Shown here one piece after another: positions 1 to 13,500 of a stretch of 64,000 nt of DNA. How positions within the stretch are numbered: the first letter of the stretch is position 1; each line of letters starts with the position of its first letter. Made by a program: the position numbers and the translations under genes. The DNA is taken from contig OZ024752.1 of assembly GCA_964016885.1 (NCBI GenBank), forward strand, positions 44,206,001 to 44,270,000. The letters run 5' to 3'. Origin of the DNA: Eledone cirrhosa. Its lineage: Eukaryota. Under the pieces are notes generated by a model. That model had not been told where the DNA came from. It did no database searches and saw nothing but the letters and a program-made list of their open reading frames with translations.

Positions 1-1511
1 AAAAATCAAGTTAATATTCTCAGACAAACACGTGTAACTGTTTTATGATTAAAATAAATATGCTAGGGATAATTGTAATGTATTTCAAATCCTGCCCTGG
101 TTAACTCTGCCTTATAACGAGAGTAAAGCAATAAAATGTGCCAAACAAGAACTATGATTGTTACATTCAACTCTTAAAAGTGATGTCCTAGCATGGTTAC
201 TGACCTCCAATGAAAGAATAGGAAACTTCAGTTTTTTAATCTTTAATATAAAGTGTTCTAGCTGGAATCTAGAACTACAAACATTAACCCCTTCTTGTGG
301 TAATGTTGTTTAACCCACCTACAATATACAATTGGGAGTATCCATTTCCTTCAACACCGGTCTCATAAAAGGGTTTCACTTGAAAGCTAAGAAAGTTACT
401 GTTCACTTATAGAGTAATCTTGGTACTTACTACAATAAGTTTTGTTCCCAACTATTTTTATTTAAAGTTAGGTACTCTAAGTACGAGTGCTGGAATTACA
501 AACCATTAATCATTTGGTTTTGTGCTTTATTTTCTTTGCATATTTATCTTAATATGCTCCATTAAATTGCTACCAATATTTTCCTCCAACACATTGGAGT
601 ATGTGATAAGACATATTTCAGAGGTCATGTTTAATTCGTCACAACGATGCACCTGTCTTAAAATATAAACATCTAATCAGGTGGGTTATTACTCTAAACA
701 GTTTCCACCTTAACTCCAACATAAATATACTCATTTTTTAATGTCTTCTCTTCAATAGAAGCCAAAATACTCAGCTTCTTTATGAATTCTTTCTACAATT
801 TCCTTTATTAATAAGATAAATATTTTTACAGACATTAATCAGTTATTGATATGTCCTTTCCAGATATAACTCTTATATTTCACTGTTTTATTACATAGTT
901 AATATCTTTAAGAGATTTAAAAGTTTTAAATAGTTTAATTCAACCTTATATGACATTCTTATATCATCAACCATTTTCATGTTTATTCAGTTCTGCACAG
1001 ACTTGTTACAGTTTGCAATATTAAAATATAATCAATTTTTATATCAACCTTTTGAGTTTATATTTTTTTCATCTTTGCAAATGTTTATTCTAATCACTGG
1101 AACTTAGCAGTTGTCCATTTTAATAAGTTTTATGTTATATGTTATAACAATCTTAAAATTTGATTACATTCCATGATATTATGAAAAATCCTTTTTTTTT
1201 TCTTTTAATTGCACTTATTTCTACATTTGTAAAACTATGGTGAGGATAATTATCCAAAATGATTAAACTTTTGTGTTGCCTCATTATTAAGATATGTTCC
1301 AGCTTCTTGGTATCAAATTTCTACATAACCTGGACACAATTAGCTATATGTTCAAAATAGTTTTTACTGTATATTCAGTGTAGAATGTTCACACAAAATA
1401 CATTCCACATTGTTTGTTTTAGAATGAACAAGAGCTCATACTAGAGTAGGTAATACTTAAGGTGATGATTTTAGTAATAAGTTCTAAGCTTAATAAACAC
1501 AATAAAATAGC

Positions 1512-1517
1512 TTTATT
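1512..1517 (-). terminator. Candidate polyadenylation signal (AATAAA) of the mannosidase gene
   Basis: tttatt on the plus strand about 80 nt downstream of the TAA stop at 1599-1601. Confidence 0.5.
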
Positions 1518-1598
1518 CATTTAGTTACATCGTTATCGTAATTCTGCTGAAATACTTTTTTTTTAAATGTATACAAAACATGGAAGATGCGATCAAAA

Positions 1599-4500
1599 TT
1601 AAAAGAAATTCGAAATTGTCACTGCAAATGTTTTGATTTCCATTGGTAATAAGGTAACATCGAGACCTTGCTTTTTGATATAAGGACCTGAAATTGGATT
1701 TAAAACTGTTAGAGTTTGAAGCAAAACTTGAAAAAAGGGATTTAATTTGTTGACGGTTTTAACAAGATATTTTGAAACTAATATTAACTAATATCAACAA
1801 TTTTCAAATAATTTTAGTTTTTCAGGGCTTAAAATGGAGCAGCTATTGTTTGTTTGTATGGCAGAAAGTAAACTAATGCTTGATTAGCCATGAGGAAGAG
1901 ACTTCCGTTGGTTTTTGACGATGAGTACTCTAGTTATTTGATCAATAGAAGAGCTTGTATAAGTGGCTGAGCATTCTACAAACAGGTGTACTGTTTTGTA
2001 ATGCTTACGAAGTGTCAGCATGACCCAGTGTGTGACAAGGTTGGCTCTTTAAATTACAGGTACAGTCCATCTGAAGGGCTTCCAAACAGTTTCTATCTCC
2101 CCCAGTTTCACAAGGCATGGGTTGACCCAAGGCTGTGGTAAATAACACCCAGGGTGTCATGCAGTAGGATTGAACTTGAAACCTAATGATTGTCAACAAA
2201 ACATAACCTGTCATGTTTCAAATCTTTCCCAAGATTCATTTAAATGGTATTAATTTATGCCAAGAAATATTAAACTTACTCTTTGCATCAGGTTTCCATT
2301 TTAGACGATGTAAATCTGATAACTTGAGATTAGCACCAAGAACTAATTCTTCAACAGCAGTGATATTAAAGTGGCTAAATAAATTCTGGAAAAAAGAAAA
2401 AAAGAAGTGACATATAAAAATGAGATTTTCATTGAAGGGAATAACCCTTCCTAGTTGAGAAATCAAGACATTTATTACACATAAATCCAAAGACATACTA
2501 TGACATGATCTTTAATGCCAATAAAGTACACTATGTTTGCTATTTCTACCTCAAAGAAAATATTTGTACATTGTTTCAGTAATTTTAAAGTTTGTCTTAT
2601 AATATAATATATATATAATTTTTAGTTTTGTTCAACATGAAAAGGTATAATATCAATTCATGTTTTCTATATATAGTCTAGGAGTGAGGGCTGGCCATTC
2701 TGGGGTGATAACTGCAACAAAGTATGAAAATTACCTTTAGTGATATTGTGACAGGTTCTGAAAATATGCTTTCCTTTTTCTCAAAGATATGTTCTAAACG
2801 GAGTAATAAGGTGTTCTTTCTCAATTGCTGTAGTGTTAATATATTTAGGTTACCAGGAAGACTTGTCTTCATAGCTGCCCACTGAAATGGTAAAATTATA
2901 ATTATTATTTGTATTGGTGGGGTTGATTGGTAGAGGGTCAGATGCCATACTTAGCAGCAGTTACAGTCTGAGTTGAAATCCTGCTGAGGTTAACTTTGCC
3001 CTTCATCCTTACAGGGGTCGATAAAATAAAGTACCAGTAATGTACTGGGTAATTGCTGGCCTTGTGCCAAAAGTAGAAACAATTATAACATGCTAGACCG
3101 ATACAAATAATGTCTTGATTGGTGCTAGTGTCACAATAAAATAGACACTAGGTTGTATGTGTGAGCTGTGGACTGCTGCCGGCCTAACTCAGCACTTGGT
3201 AGATACAAGCACCTTGTTTAATGCAAAAGATGTTTAAAAGAGTTTTAGGGGGCAGCCATTTCTAATAAAACATCCAGCAGTCAGTCATGGCGTTCTCTGA
3301 CCTTAATTGGTGGGTTCTCACGTGTGTAAGTGGCTTACACTATTTTTATTGTGTATTTAATTTATATCAAATTTCTAACTTGTCCATATATGTGCCAAAT
3401 TACATAATATATACTAACATGGTGATTCCATTTGGACCATTGTTGGCAGATTAGAATCGTAGAAACTGATGCATCAGTCCAGGTATCTCAAATACCCACA
3501 CAAAGTTGTCTTCTTCACTGATTAACATATAAGTGTACACATTAATTAGGTTCGAATTTTAATAATACGAACTTGATTAAATTATAGTTAAGAGTTCATA
3601 TCTTGTACATAAATGGATTACTTTTAAAATAAACTTACATTTGTGTTGAAATTTTTCTTCCATTCATCTGGTGTGATTTTCAGTTCAGCAAAAGCCATTG
3701 TTGGGTGTAAAAACGACTCAATGGCCTGCTGACGGTGGAAAATTGTTGACTTTTCTTTTGTGTCAACATAGAGAAGATGTTTCCCTGAAATTATATAATT
3801 CATAAATAAATTCAGTGTAGATTTGTCAGAAACCTACTAATATATTCATTTAAAAAAGGCCAAAGGTGATTCTCAAACCCCCCAAAATGTATTTATGTAG
3901 TAAATTTATTGGTACATACCTCGAATTATGAGGCCATGTCCATCAACACCTGTTTCATTTAAAGGTTCACCAACACCTCTACCATCATCAAATAAAAGAC
4001 GACGGTGTAACTACAAAAAATAAAAATAAATTTATTACCCTCCAATATGAACATTTGTTTTTGACATGAAACTAGCAAGACATTCTTCCAAGTACTAAAC
4101 TGTGCTATAACTTCATCACATTAAAAATTAAAGTCTTTACTTTAGTCTAATTCTAGATATTTTTCACAATGATCCATCCACTAGTAAAGCTATTATAAAT
4201 ATTTGAATAAACAAACATGGTTTTAAATATTTTCTTACTAAATCCTTATAAGATGTTAAATAGACATACCATAATTTCAACGTTTCCTTCCTTTAAACTG
4301 GTACCTCCTTGAGAACGGTCGGTCAAAACAGTAAACTGAACATCCTTGTTAACATCCTAGAAAATACAAATATTTAAAGTGAGTTGATTGTTTTATAACA
4401 AAACTAATTCAACAAATGATTAAAATCTCACCATTTTCTATACAAAATGGCAGTGTCACCCTGTACCAGGCTCCAAAACAATGGTTCCGCTGCAAGACGG

Positions 4501-7500
4501 TGGCCTGTCCCGTCTCATAAAGGTGCCATCCAGGTGGTTGGTGTTAGGAAGAGGGGTATCCAGGTGTAAAATACCCAGCTAATTTTACAGTCCTCGGAAC
4601 AAGGTATGGCGTGGCCAATCCTGAGCACACCTGTTTCCCAATGTGGACGACCTGTCTAACCCATGCAAGTATGGATAAATGGACGCTAAAGGATGATGAT
4701 TATTATAAACATATCTATATGGTGCCATGACAGGTAATTTGTAACAATTACTACTGCAAAGTGGTAGTGTTGATACCACAACAGAAAGCCCCCAGTTTGC
4801 ACTGTCAGGTGATAGAGAAAATACACCTGGTACACTCTGAAGTGGTTAGCATTAGGAAGGGCATCCAGCAGCAGATACCATGCCAGAATGGAATATAAGA
4901 AGAAGACAGTCATTAAACCTGTTTAGACTTAAGATGTGACAACACATCTAACATAGGCAAACATGGAAAATAGACACACACATATAAAGGAAGTCACATA
5001 TATATAAAGAGGAAGTTAAACACATATATAAAGTAAGTCGCATACACACATTTATAAAGAGGGAGTCATACACACATATATAAAGGAAATCACACATACA
5101 TACATATAAAGGAAGTCACACATACATAAAGAGGAAGTTAAACATATATAAAGAGGAAGTCATACATATATAAAGAGGAAGTTAAACATATAAAAAGACA
5201 AAAAGCAAGCCAAAAAAAAATAAGATTAACATTTTTCCACAAGAGAAAAAAATCAAAGGAGAATAATTTACCTTGATAAATATTTTGGCGTTAACAGGAA
5301 AATAATTGCCAGCAACAGGTTCAGAATTTTTGAAAGTCCAGGTAGGTCTGTAATTAAGTCTGTAATACAGGTAAGTCTATAATTAAGGCTGTAATACAAA
5401 TTAAACACTAAAATTTATAAAGTAATTCTCTTTAAATATTGTTTTCTATAACTTTACATGTAGGAAATAATACAAACCAAATAGTGAAAATATGTAGCAA
5501 TATTTGACCACATAAATATTGCTACATGTAGGCACTGTTATGTGGTCAAATATTGCTACATGTAGGCACTGTTGACTACATAGTGGCTATATGTAGCAAT
5601 ATAAAATATTTGATCACATAATAAAAATAAGACAGGCAGGCATTGAAAGGGTGTACTTACTTTCTCTCCATTATTTGTCTTCCATTTGCATCAGTAAAGA
5701 ATAAATTGTTAGTTTTAAGGTCAGATTGGTAAGAAACAATGACTTCTTTTCCCTGATTCTCTCTGGAATGTTAGAATTAGATGTTAATAGATTACAACAA
5801 ATATAACAAACTTATTTAATAAAGGTTTCCAATTCAGGCAAACCCCACTGTATTATATAGCCATAATATTCTCAATACCAGTAGGACTTAATAACCCTTT
5901 TTTCGACCATATCTGAGAAAGAAGAGTGCTGTCATTGCTTACATAGTACTTCCAAATCTTTTCCCTCCAAAATACCGTTTATTTAAATGAATTTACCATA
6001 GACCCAAGGTTTTTGAAAGGTCTGTCTACTGAATAGGTTCACAGTTTTAGTGCCCAGTCCACACTGTAAAGTGGTCATGTTGGTGCCATGAAAAAAAAGC
6101 ACCCAGTCCATACTGTAAAGTGGTCATGTTGGTGCCATGAAAAAAAAGCACCCAGTCCACACTGTAAAGTGGTCATGTTGGTGCCATGTAAAAGCACCTA
6201 GTCCACACTGTAAATGTGGTTGGCGTAAGGAAGGGCATCCAGCCATAGAAACCAAGCCAGAATCAGTTCTATATGAGCAAGACACAGTCATCTGATTTGG
6301 CTTGTCTCAAAGGGACAACTCATCTAACCCATGCTAGCATGGAAAATGGACCTTAAACAATGATGATGACGATGATGAAGTATTGTCAATGTAGCCATTA
6401 ACAAATCATCGAAAGGTTATGAAATAAATATAAAAGAAAAAAATGACTCATAATCCAAACAATTTTCTAAATAAATTCCTTACGCGGGAATTGATCCGAC
6501 AGTCCATTCAACTTCAGCAAAGTTATCAGATCTATATATCCGTAAAACTTGGGTAACCCAAGGGCAGAATACTTGATGAACCTCTTGAACAAGTGGTCCC
6601 TGTGAAAAGGAAATTCTGGAACAATTAAATAAAACCAACAAATTTAACCCTATCAACCAACCCAAAACTGCCTCTCATTCTATGAAACAAAACCATTTTA
6701 AAGGATTTATATTTAAATTAAAACTTTCCTACCTAATTTTATATAAGAACAGTTTGTTACCTTACAAATACCATCTCAATAAAATAATTTTAGTAAATCT
6801 TTCCCAAATTCTTCGTTAATTAATTAAAATAGTAAATATTTCACTAGAAACATGGTAGTGAAAGTGTTAATTTTATTTAACTTCTCTGAAATACTTATCT
6901 TTTCAGAGTGAAACTAATCAAGTTGAAACTGACTAGAATCTATTTTAAGAAACTTAGTGAAACAATTACAAATATTTCAAGTCTATTTTAGTTCAAAGTT
7001 CAGTCATTTAAGACATTTTCTTTCCAACATTAATATTTTAAAAATATTTTCTAGATAATACTGATTTGTCTATTTCCAACATATATTTGTTCAAGAACAG
7101 AGAGAGAGGGAGAGGGAGAGAGAGAGAGAATGTTTGTGAATAAGCATTCCTCTGAAGAATCTAGTGTAATTCTACAACTTACCTTTATTATATGACTCTT
7201 TGTTGGCATTAAATAATTGACACTATTTGGTGTGTTATTTAAAGGTCTGAAAATATAATTGTTGGAAGCTTGTTCACCAGGGTTGGAGTTGTTACCATCA
7301 TGGCCTATGTAATAGAAATAGTTTTGTGCCAAAGATACAGATATTTTACTTTTAAGGTTTGAAATTGATTCCATACGACCAGTTTTACCGTTAAAGGAGA
7401 GAGAGATTTTCTGGAAAAGAAAATTTGATAAATTTAATAAGAACAGAACAACAATAACACAAACAATAGCTAATGTCTACTTTTCACGCTGTATGGATTA

Positions 7501-10500
7501 GAATGGCTGTTATCAGACTAGACAGCTTATATATAGTACAGAGTGTACTGGGTGCTTCAGTCTTACCACCTTACAGAGTGTACTGGGTGCCATCAGTTCA
7601 GTCTTACCACCTTACAGAGTGTTCTGGGTGCTTTTTTCATGACAACATGACCCTCCCCAAATATAAAAATATAATTATATACTTACATCGTTTTTTATAA
7701 CAAAATCTTCCCCCAATTCTACAGGAACTAATTGCGATAAACTTCGCTGAATTATATTTTCATCTGAAAATGTTAAAAAAAATTTTTTTTTAAATTAAAG
7801 AAAAAAAACATTCAATATTCAATTTACTTTTTGTATCTAATTCCTTTATTTTTCTATTTTTTATAACATTTTTATAACATGTGAGATGCTTGTTACCAAT
7901 CAGAGAGATGAGCAACTCTGCTTGAGTACTGATCCAATCTGTGACTAACTCTTTTAGCAGGAAAAATAGATGTTAAATGACGACAACAACAACAACTAAA
8001 GTCAGAATCAAACTTACCGTGAGTCTTTTGCACAAAATAAGTTGCAAATCCTAAAGACTGTATCTTTACTTGGAAAACCAAAATATTCTCTGCTTTGGAA
8101 TCTTTCCGTTCTGGAATTCTTTTAGTAGAAGTACTGATACCTATAAGCTAAAAATTGAATAGGAATGATATTTATATTATTTTTATTTCTCTATATTTAT
8201 AAAAGAAGTTGTAGATGGCCAAAAGGTTAAGTAGTTTCCTTTGTCATCATTAAGTCCTAAGTTTGATCCCACTGTGTAGCATGTAAGAAAACTGGCATTT
8301 ATCATAGTCTTAACCCTTTAGCATTTAAATCAGCCATATCCAGCCAGAATTCTCTCACCTCTTTCAGTTCAAACTGCCCCCAACTGGTCCCCAATACTGA
8401 TGTTAAGGTATTGTTCTCAAAATAAATAATATTAAAATCTCATAGATTATTATGCGAGATAAGTCTTTACCATGAAAATATAACAGTATATATATATATA
8501 TATAGTAATGTAAATACTAAAGGGTTAAGTCGACACTGTCTACATAATTTCAGTGAAATTAGAATTGATGCAAACATATTTAACACAGAAGCAAGATATC
8601 GATGAATAAAAATAACGTTGTGGATATAAACTTACTTGAGTTTCAACAGGGTTCAAGTCTGGTCCTAATACAGCATAACCAAAACTCTGAACAGGTAATC
8701 GCACCCAGTGGGATACAAGTTGTGCCAATGGATTGTATAGAGTCACAGTAAACTGGAAATAGAAAGAGAAAAATCATTCTAAAAAACAAGTTTTTCTACG
8801 ACTGGTTCACAATATTTTATTATGGTATATCTCAAGAATAAAATAATTACATAGTTCAATATTCTATGAAATTGAACATTTTAAAATGTCCTTAATATTG
8901 GTTTCTGATTTAGGCACAAGGCCAACAATTTTGGGGAAAGGGGAACGTTGATTAAATCGACCGCAGTGCATTACTGGTACTTTACTTTATTGACCCTGTA
9001 AGGATGAAAGGCAAAGCTAACCTTGGTAGGATTTGAAAATAGATCAGAAAGGAACGTCACTCTATGCCACAAAGCATGTTGTCTGACGCTCTACCGATTC
9101 TGCCAATTCACCGCCCTGAAGTGTCTAAAGAGTATCTCATCTTTCCTAGTGAGAGGAATTTCATTTTGGTGCAAAATATTTGAGAAATCCAATGAAAATC
9201 TATAATTCACTGGAATTATTCTTCATGTTGAGAAGATAGGGAGAGGTGGACCCCTACAACTTTTACAATACGTACCCAGTAACACAGGAACACCACTACT
9301 GCCACCCATTAAAAAAAACATAACAATGTCTTTGTTTTGTCATGTTTCCAAATAGAATAATAAATCAAGTGAAAAGTGTGAATTCTAGAATCAGATTGAT
9401 CGATTTAGAATCAAATAACATACCTTATTTAAGTCTTCAGTCACTTTACACATTGATATATTTAATAAAGAACAGTAAAACTGAGTTGGAGGAACTTTGG
9501 GAGTCTTTCGTAACAACTTCTCATAAGCTGCATTCATTAATTTCTGAAAAAAAAACAAAAAAACAAAAAAACAAAGTAATTTAAAACAGAATAAAAAATC
9601 AGAGAATCACTTCTACTGGGAAAGTCTTGCAACGAAATTCTAACTCACCTGGCAAGATTTAGTTCCATAAGATAGTCTAGATACATAATCATCAGCAACT
9701 GCTTGTTTTTCAGTACCGCTGCCAAATAAAACATTAATTATTATAACAGTCCATATATTATTAACTCTAAGTTATACTAACATTTTAATAATAATAATGA
9801 AATTATTGTGTACAGTGCTCGGGTGCACTACAATGAAATTCATGAATTTCATTAATTAATGAAATTCATTTCTTAAAAAAGGCAGTCTAGAATTTCTTGA
9901 TTTAAATATCAGTCTTCTTACACTAAGGCAGTGAATTGGCAGAGTTATTAGAACGTCAGGCAGAATGTTTTGCAGTATTCTTTCCGACTTTCTGCTCTCT
10001 GTGAGAAGAATTCGTTCCATTCTGCTTCAGTGGACAGAATCAGAAGATTTTAAAAAGTCGTGTTTTTCTACTTGTTGTTTTATGAACATCTCGACAAGTT
10101 GGGTGTTGAAACCATTAGATGTATCTTAAATATACAATTTCAGAAGTGATCCAAACTATACAAATATCATCATCACCATTTAACATTCATTTTCCTTGTT
10201 TGCACGGGTTAAACGGTTGTCACCTTATGAGACGGGTTAAACGGTTGTCACCTTATGAGACGAGTTAAACGGTTGTCACCTTATGAGACGAGTTAAACGG
10301 TTGTCACCTTATGAGACAGGTTAAACGGTTGTCACCTTATGAGACGAGTTAAACGGTTGTCACCTTATGAGACGAGTTAAACGGTTGTCACCTTATGAGA
10401 CGGGTTAAACGGTTGTCACCTTATGAGACGAGTTAAACGGTTGTCACCTTATGAGACGAGTTAAACGGTTGTCACCTTATGAGACGGGTTAAACGGTTGT

Positions 10501-13500
10501 CACCTTATGAGACGGGTTAAACGGTTGTCACCTTATGAGATGAGTTAAACGGTTGTCACCTTATGAGACGGGTTAAACGGTTGTCACCTTATGAGACGGG
10601 TTAAACGGTTGTCACCTTATGAGACAAGTCAGATCAGCTGAGCATGTGTTACACACACAGAACTGTTTCTGGCTTGGTTTCTATGGCTGGATGCTCTTCC
10701 TAACACCAACTACACACACATATATGATGGGATTCTGTACAGTTTCTGTCTACCAATTTAACAAGGCATTAGTCTGCCTAAAGCTATGATAGAAGAGACT
10801 TGCCCAAGGTTTCAAACCCAAAACTACATAGTTGCACCACAAATCCTTAACCATACAACCATGTATCCATGTGTCTGTGTGTGTGTGTGTGTCCGTGTGG
10901 GTGTGTGTGATAATTACAGTATGGAGACTATTTTTTACCATATAAAAATGAACAAAAACTTAGTAATTTGAAAATAAAATATTTGGAGGAATTTAATAAA
11001 ATATCTAACATTTCATTGAAAAGCTGATATTTAGAATATTACTTAACAAGAATTTCTAAAATGATATTTTGATGGAAGGATTTAATATAAATATAAACAT
11101 TTCAAAAGGAACAATTTTCTATCATAGAATCAGGAAGGTTTCGGGTAGTTTGATGTAAGATTAAAATAAGATTAAAAAAGACAACTTACGTCACGGCATC
11201 ATGATGTTGTGCAACACTTAAAGGCTCCCCTACAATAGAATAATAAACAAACAGGAATTGGAATACCATTTTCTATGTGGAATAGAAGAATAAATTGGAA
11301 TACTATTTTCTATGTGGAATAGATGAATAAATAAGAAGTTTACTCACACATTCTGAACAAATCTATGTGGTTGTAAAGTTGAGCAAACACATCTAAATGG
11401 CGACAGACCTGTCAAAACATTTCATAATTTAAATATATTACTCCTGATATCTGTGAGCTTTTGAATTCATTGAAAAATATCAAAAGTGCAGGTGTCATTA
11501 CTTTCTACAAAAACTTACCTGGAATAAATTGCTAGATTCTCGAACATACTGCTTAATGGCCGGCCTGCTGGTAAAGTAACCGGTCCAATAACTATGGATG
11601 CGATCAGCATATGGGAAAAAATCATCTCTTTTCTCAGGCCAGGTAATGTTTGCTTTGTTTAGTTGATAAAGGTAACAGGAAGGAGTAGAATAAATCAAAT
11701 TCAATTTGCTGCCATTTTGTTGCTGTAAAATATAAAGTTGAAGAAGCTGATTAAAAAAAAAATCTTTCTGATAAATATGTAGGGATGAATATTCTAGACT
11801 ATAACTGTTTGTGCGACCTAACAATCTGCTGTAAATACAATGACAGACACAAATAAAACTACAGATAAAAGTAGAACTTACTCTGGCATTGATGTACTTA
11901 ATAAGTTTGTCTAGGTTCTTGTACCAAGCATTAGCATTGCTGTACTGGAAGTCTGAACCCATTGTTAACATAATGTGCTTCGTTCTAAGAGTTAAAGACT
12001 AGCAAAGAGAAAATAGCAAAATTAATCAATAAATATGATTAGAAACAGATCAGGAAAGAAGCAAATAGAGTTTGACAAAAACATCTCACGACATTTAGTA
12101 ATATAACAACATCATCACTACCATCTCACAACATTTAGTAATATAACAACATCACTACCATCTCACAACATTTAGTAATCCAACAATGTCACCCTTACTG
12201 TGTCTTATCATCTAGGCCCCAAATAAACCACAATATTCAACTTTTTCTCATCAGAGCATAAACCCTTTTTAATTTCCTTCTTTATTAGTCAAACATACAG
12301 AAATCCCCCACATTTTATTTCATCAGGTGTAAAATTACAGACTAAACATAAAACACAGATTTATAGCCCTAACTAAGCCATAAATGAAAGACCATATTTT
12401 ACCTTCATTAAAACCCACGAAGTGAAAAAAGCCAACTTTTTCTCCAGGTTTTTCTCTCTAAGTCGATCATCATCCTTGAAATAAAAATAACAATAATTCA
12501 TAAACATGAATTTCTTTCAATCCAAAGTAAACATATTATAAACATTAAACATAGCAAACCACCCAAAACAGCAGATATTCCTCTTCATACATTCTTTCCA
12601 CCCATTTATCTTCTCTCTCAGACCACCGATACTCTCTGTCACTAACATCAAGTCAGCTCAGTATATTAACACCCATGGTAAACTCTCCTTTACACTTCAG
12701 ACCAGTAACTTCATCTCAACTACAAATAGTAGTGGGCTTAATAGCGACCCCTGGTGCACTCCTTTAAACCATATCTCTGTATGATGTAAGAGACAACTAA
12801 AAGAGCTGGTGCCAGTAAGGACATCCAGCTATAAAATGTCTCAAAAAGAACTTTATAGTGAGTATAATGTATTAAAATAATATTTACCATGATAGGATCA
12901 TCTGTACAGAGTTCATCAAAACAAAAGCCAGGAGGTGGATTATAACCATTTAGCAGTATTCCAGTGAATAAATCTGCTTGGTCTCCTGCAATTAAAGTTC
13001 CAACTCAAGTCATTCAATCTTATAAAATATCCATCTTTTTGTTAAACAAACCTAAGTCAAATACAAAATTACATAAAATATTTAAATCTGCAGTTTTTAA
13101 ATCCTTCAATATTAATAACTTTAAGAAAATGTTTCTATTTTCTATTTTATAAAAAGAATCAAAGTTTTCTGATAGAATCTTTAGCAATAGATTTTAATTT
13201 GAAAAATTATTTTATTGCTAATATTAACAAATGTTACGAGGAAGAAGACTATATACCAAGATTTTGGTTAGCTTTCCAAATCATTTCCATGTCTTTATTA
13301 AGTACACGCTTCACTATATCTTGGTAGTCAGCCCGACCAAAAAATAAGCCATCAAAACCCATCTACAAAACAAAATAAAAAATTTATATTGCATACACGC
13401 AGAACTGGTAGAGGGTTGGACGCCATGCTTTGTAGCATAGAGTTACGCCACTTTACAATTTGAGTTCAAATCCCACCGAGGTTAACTTTGCCTTTCGTCC

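Noticed and set aside
7893-7960. Possible extra mannosidase exon
   Set aside because: Flanking exons 8018-8147 and 7687-7763 already join in phase, and the acceptor is weak
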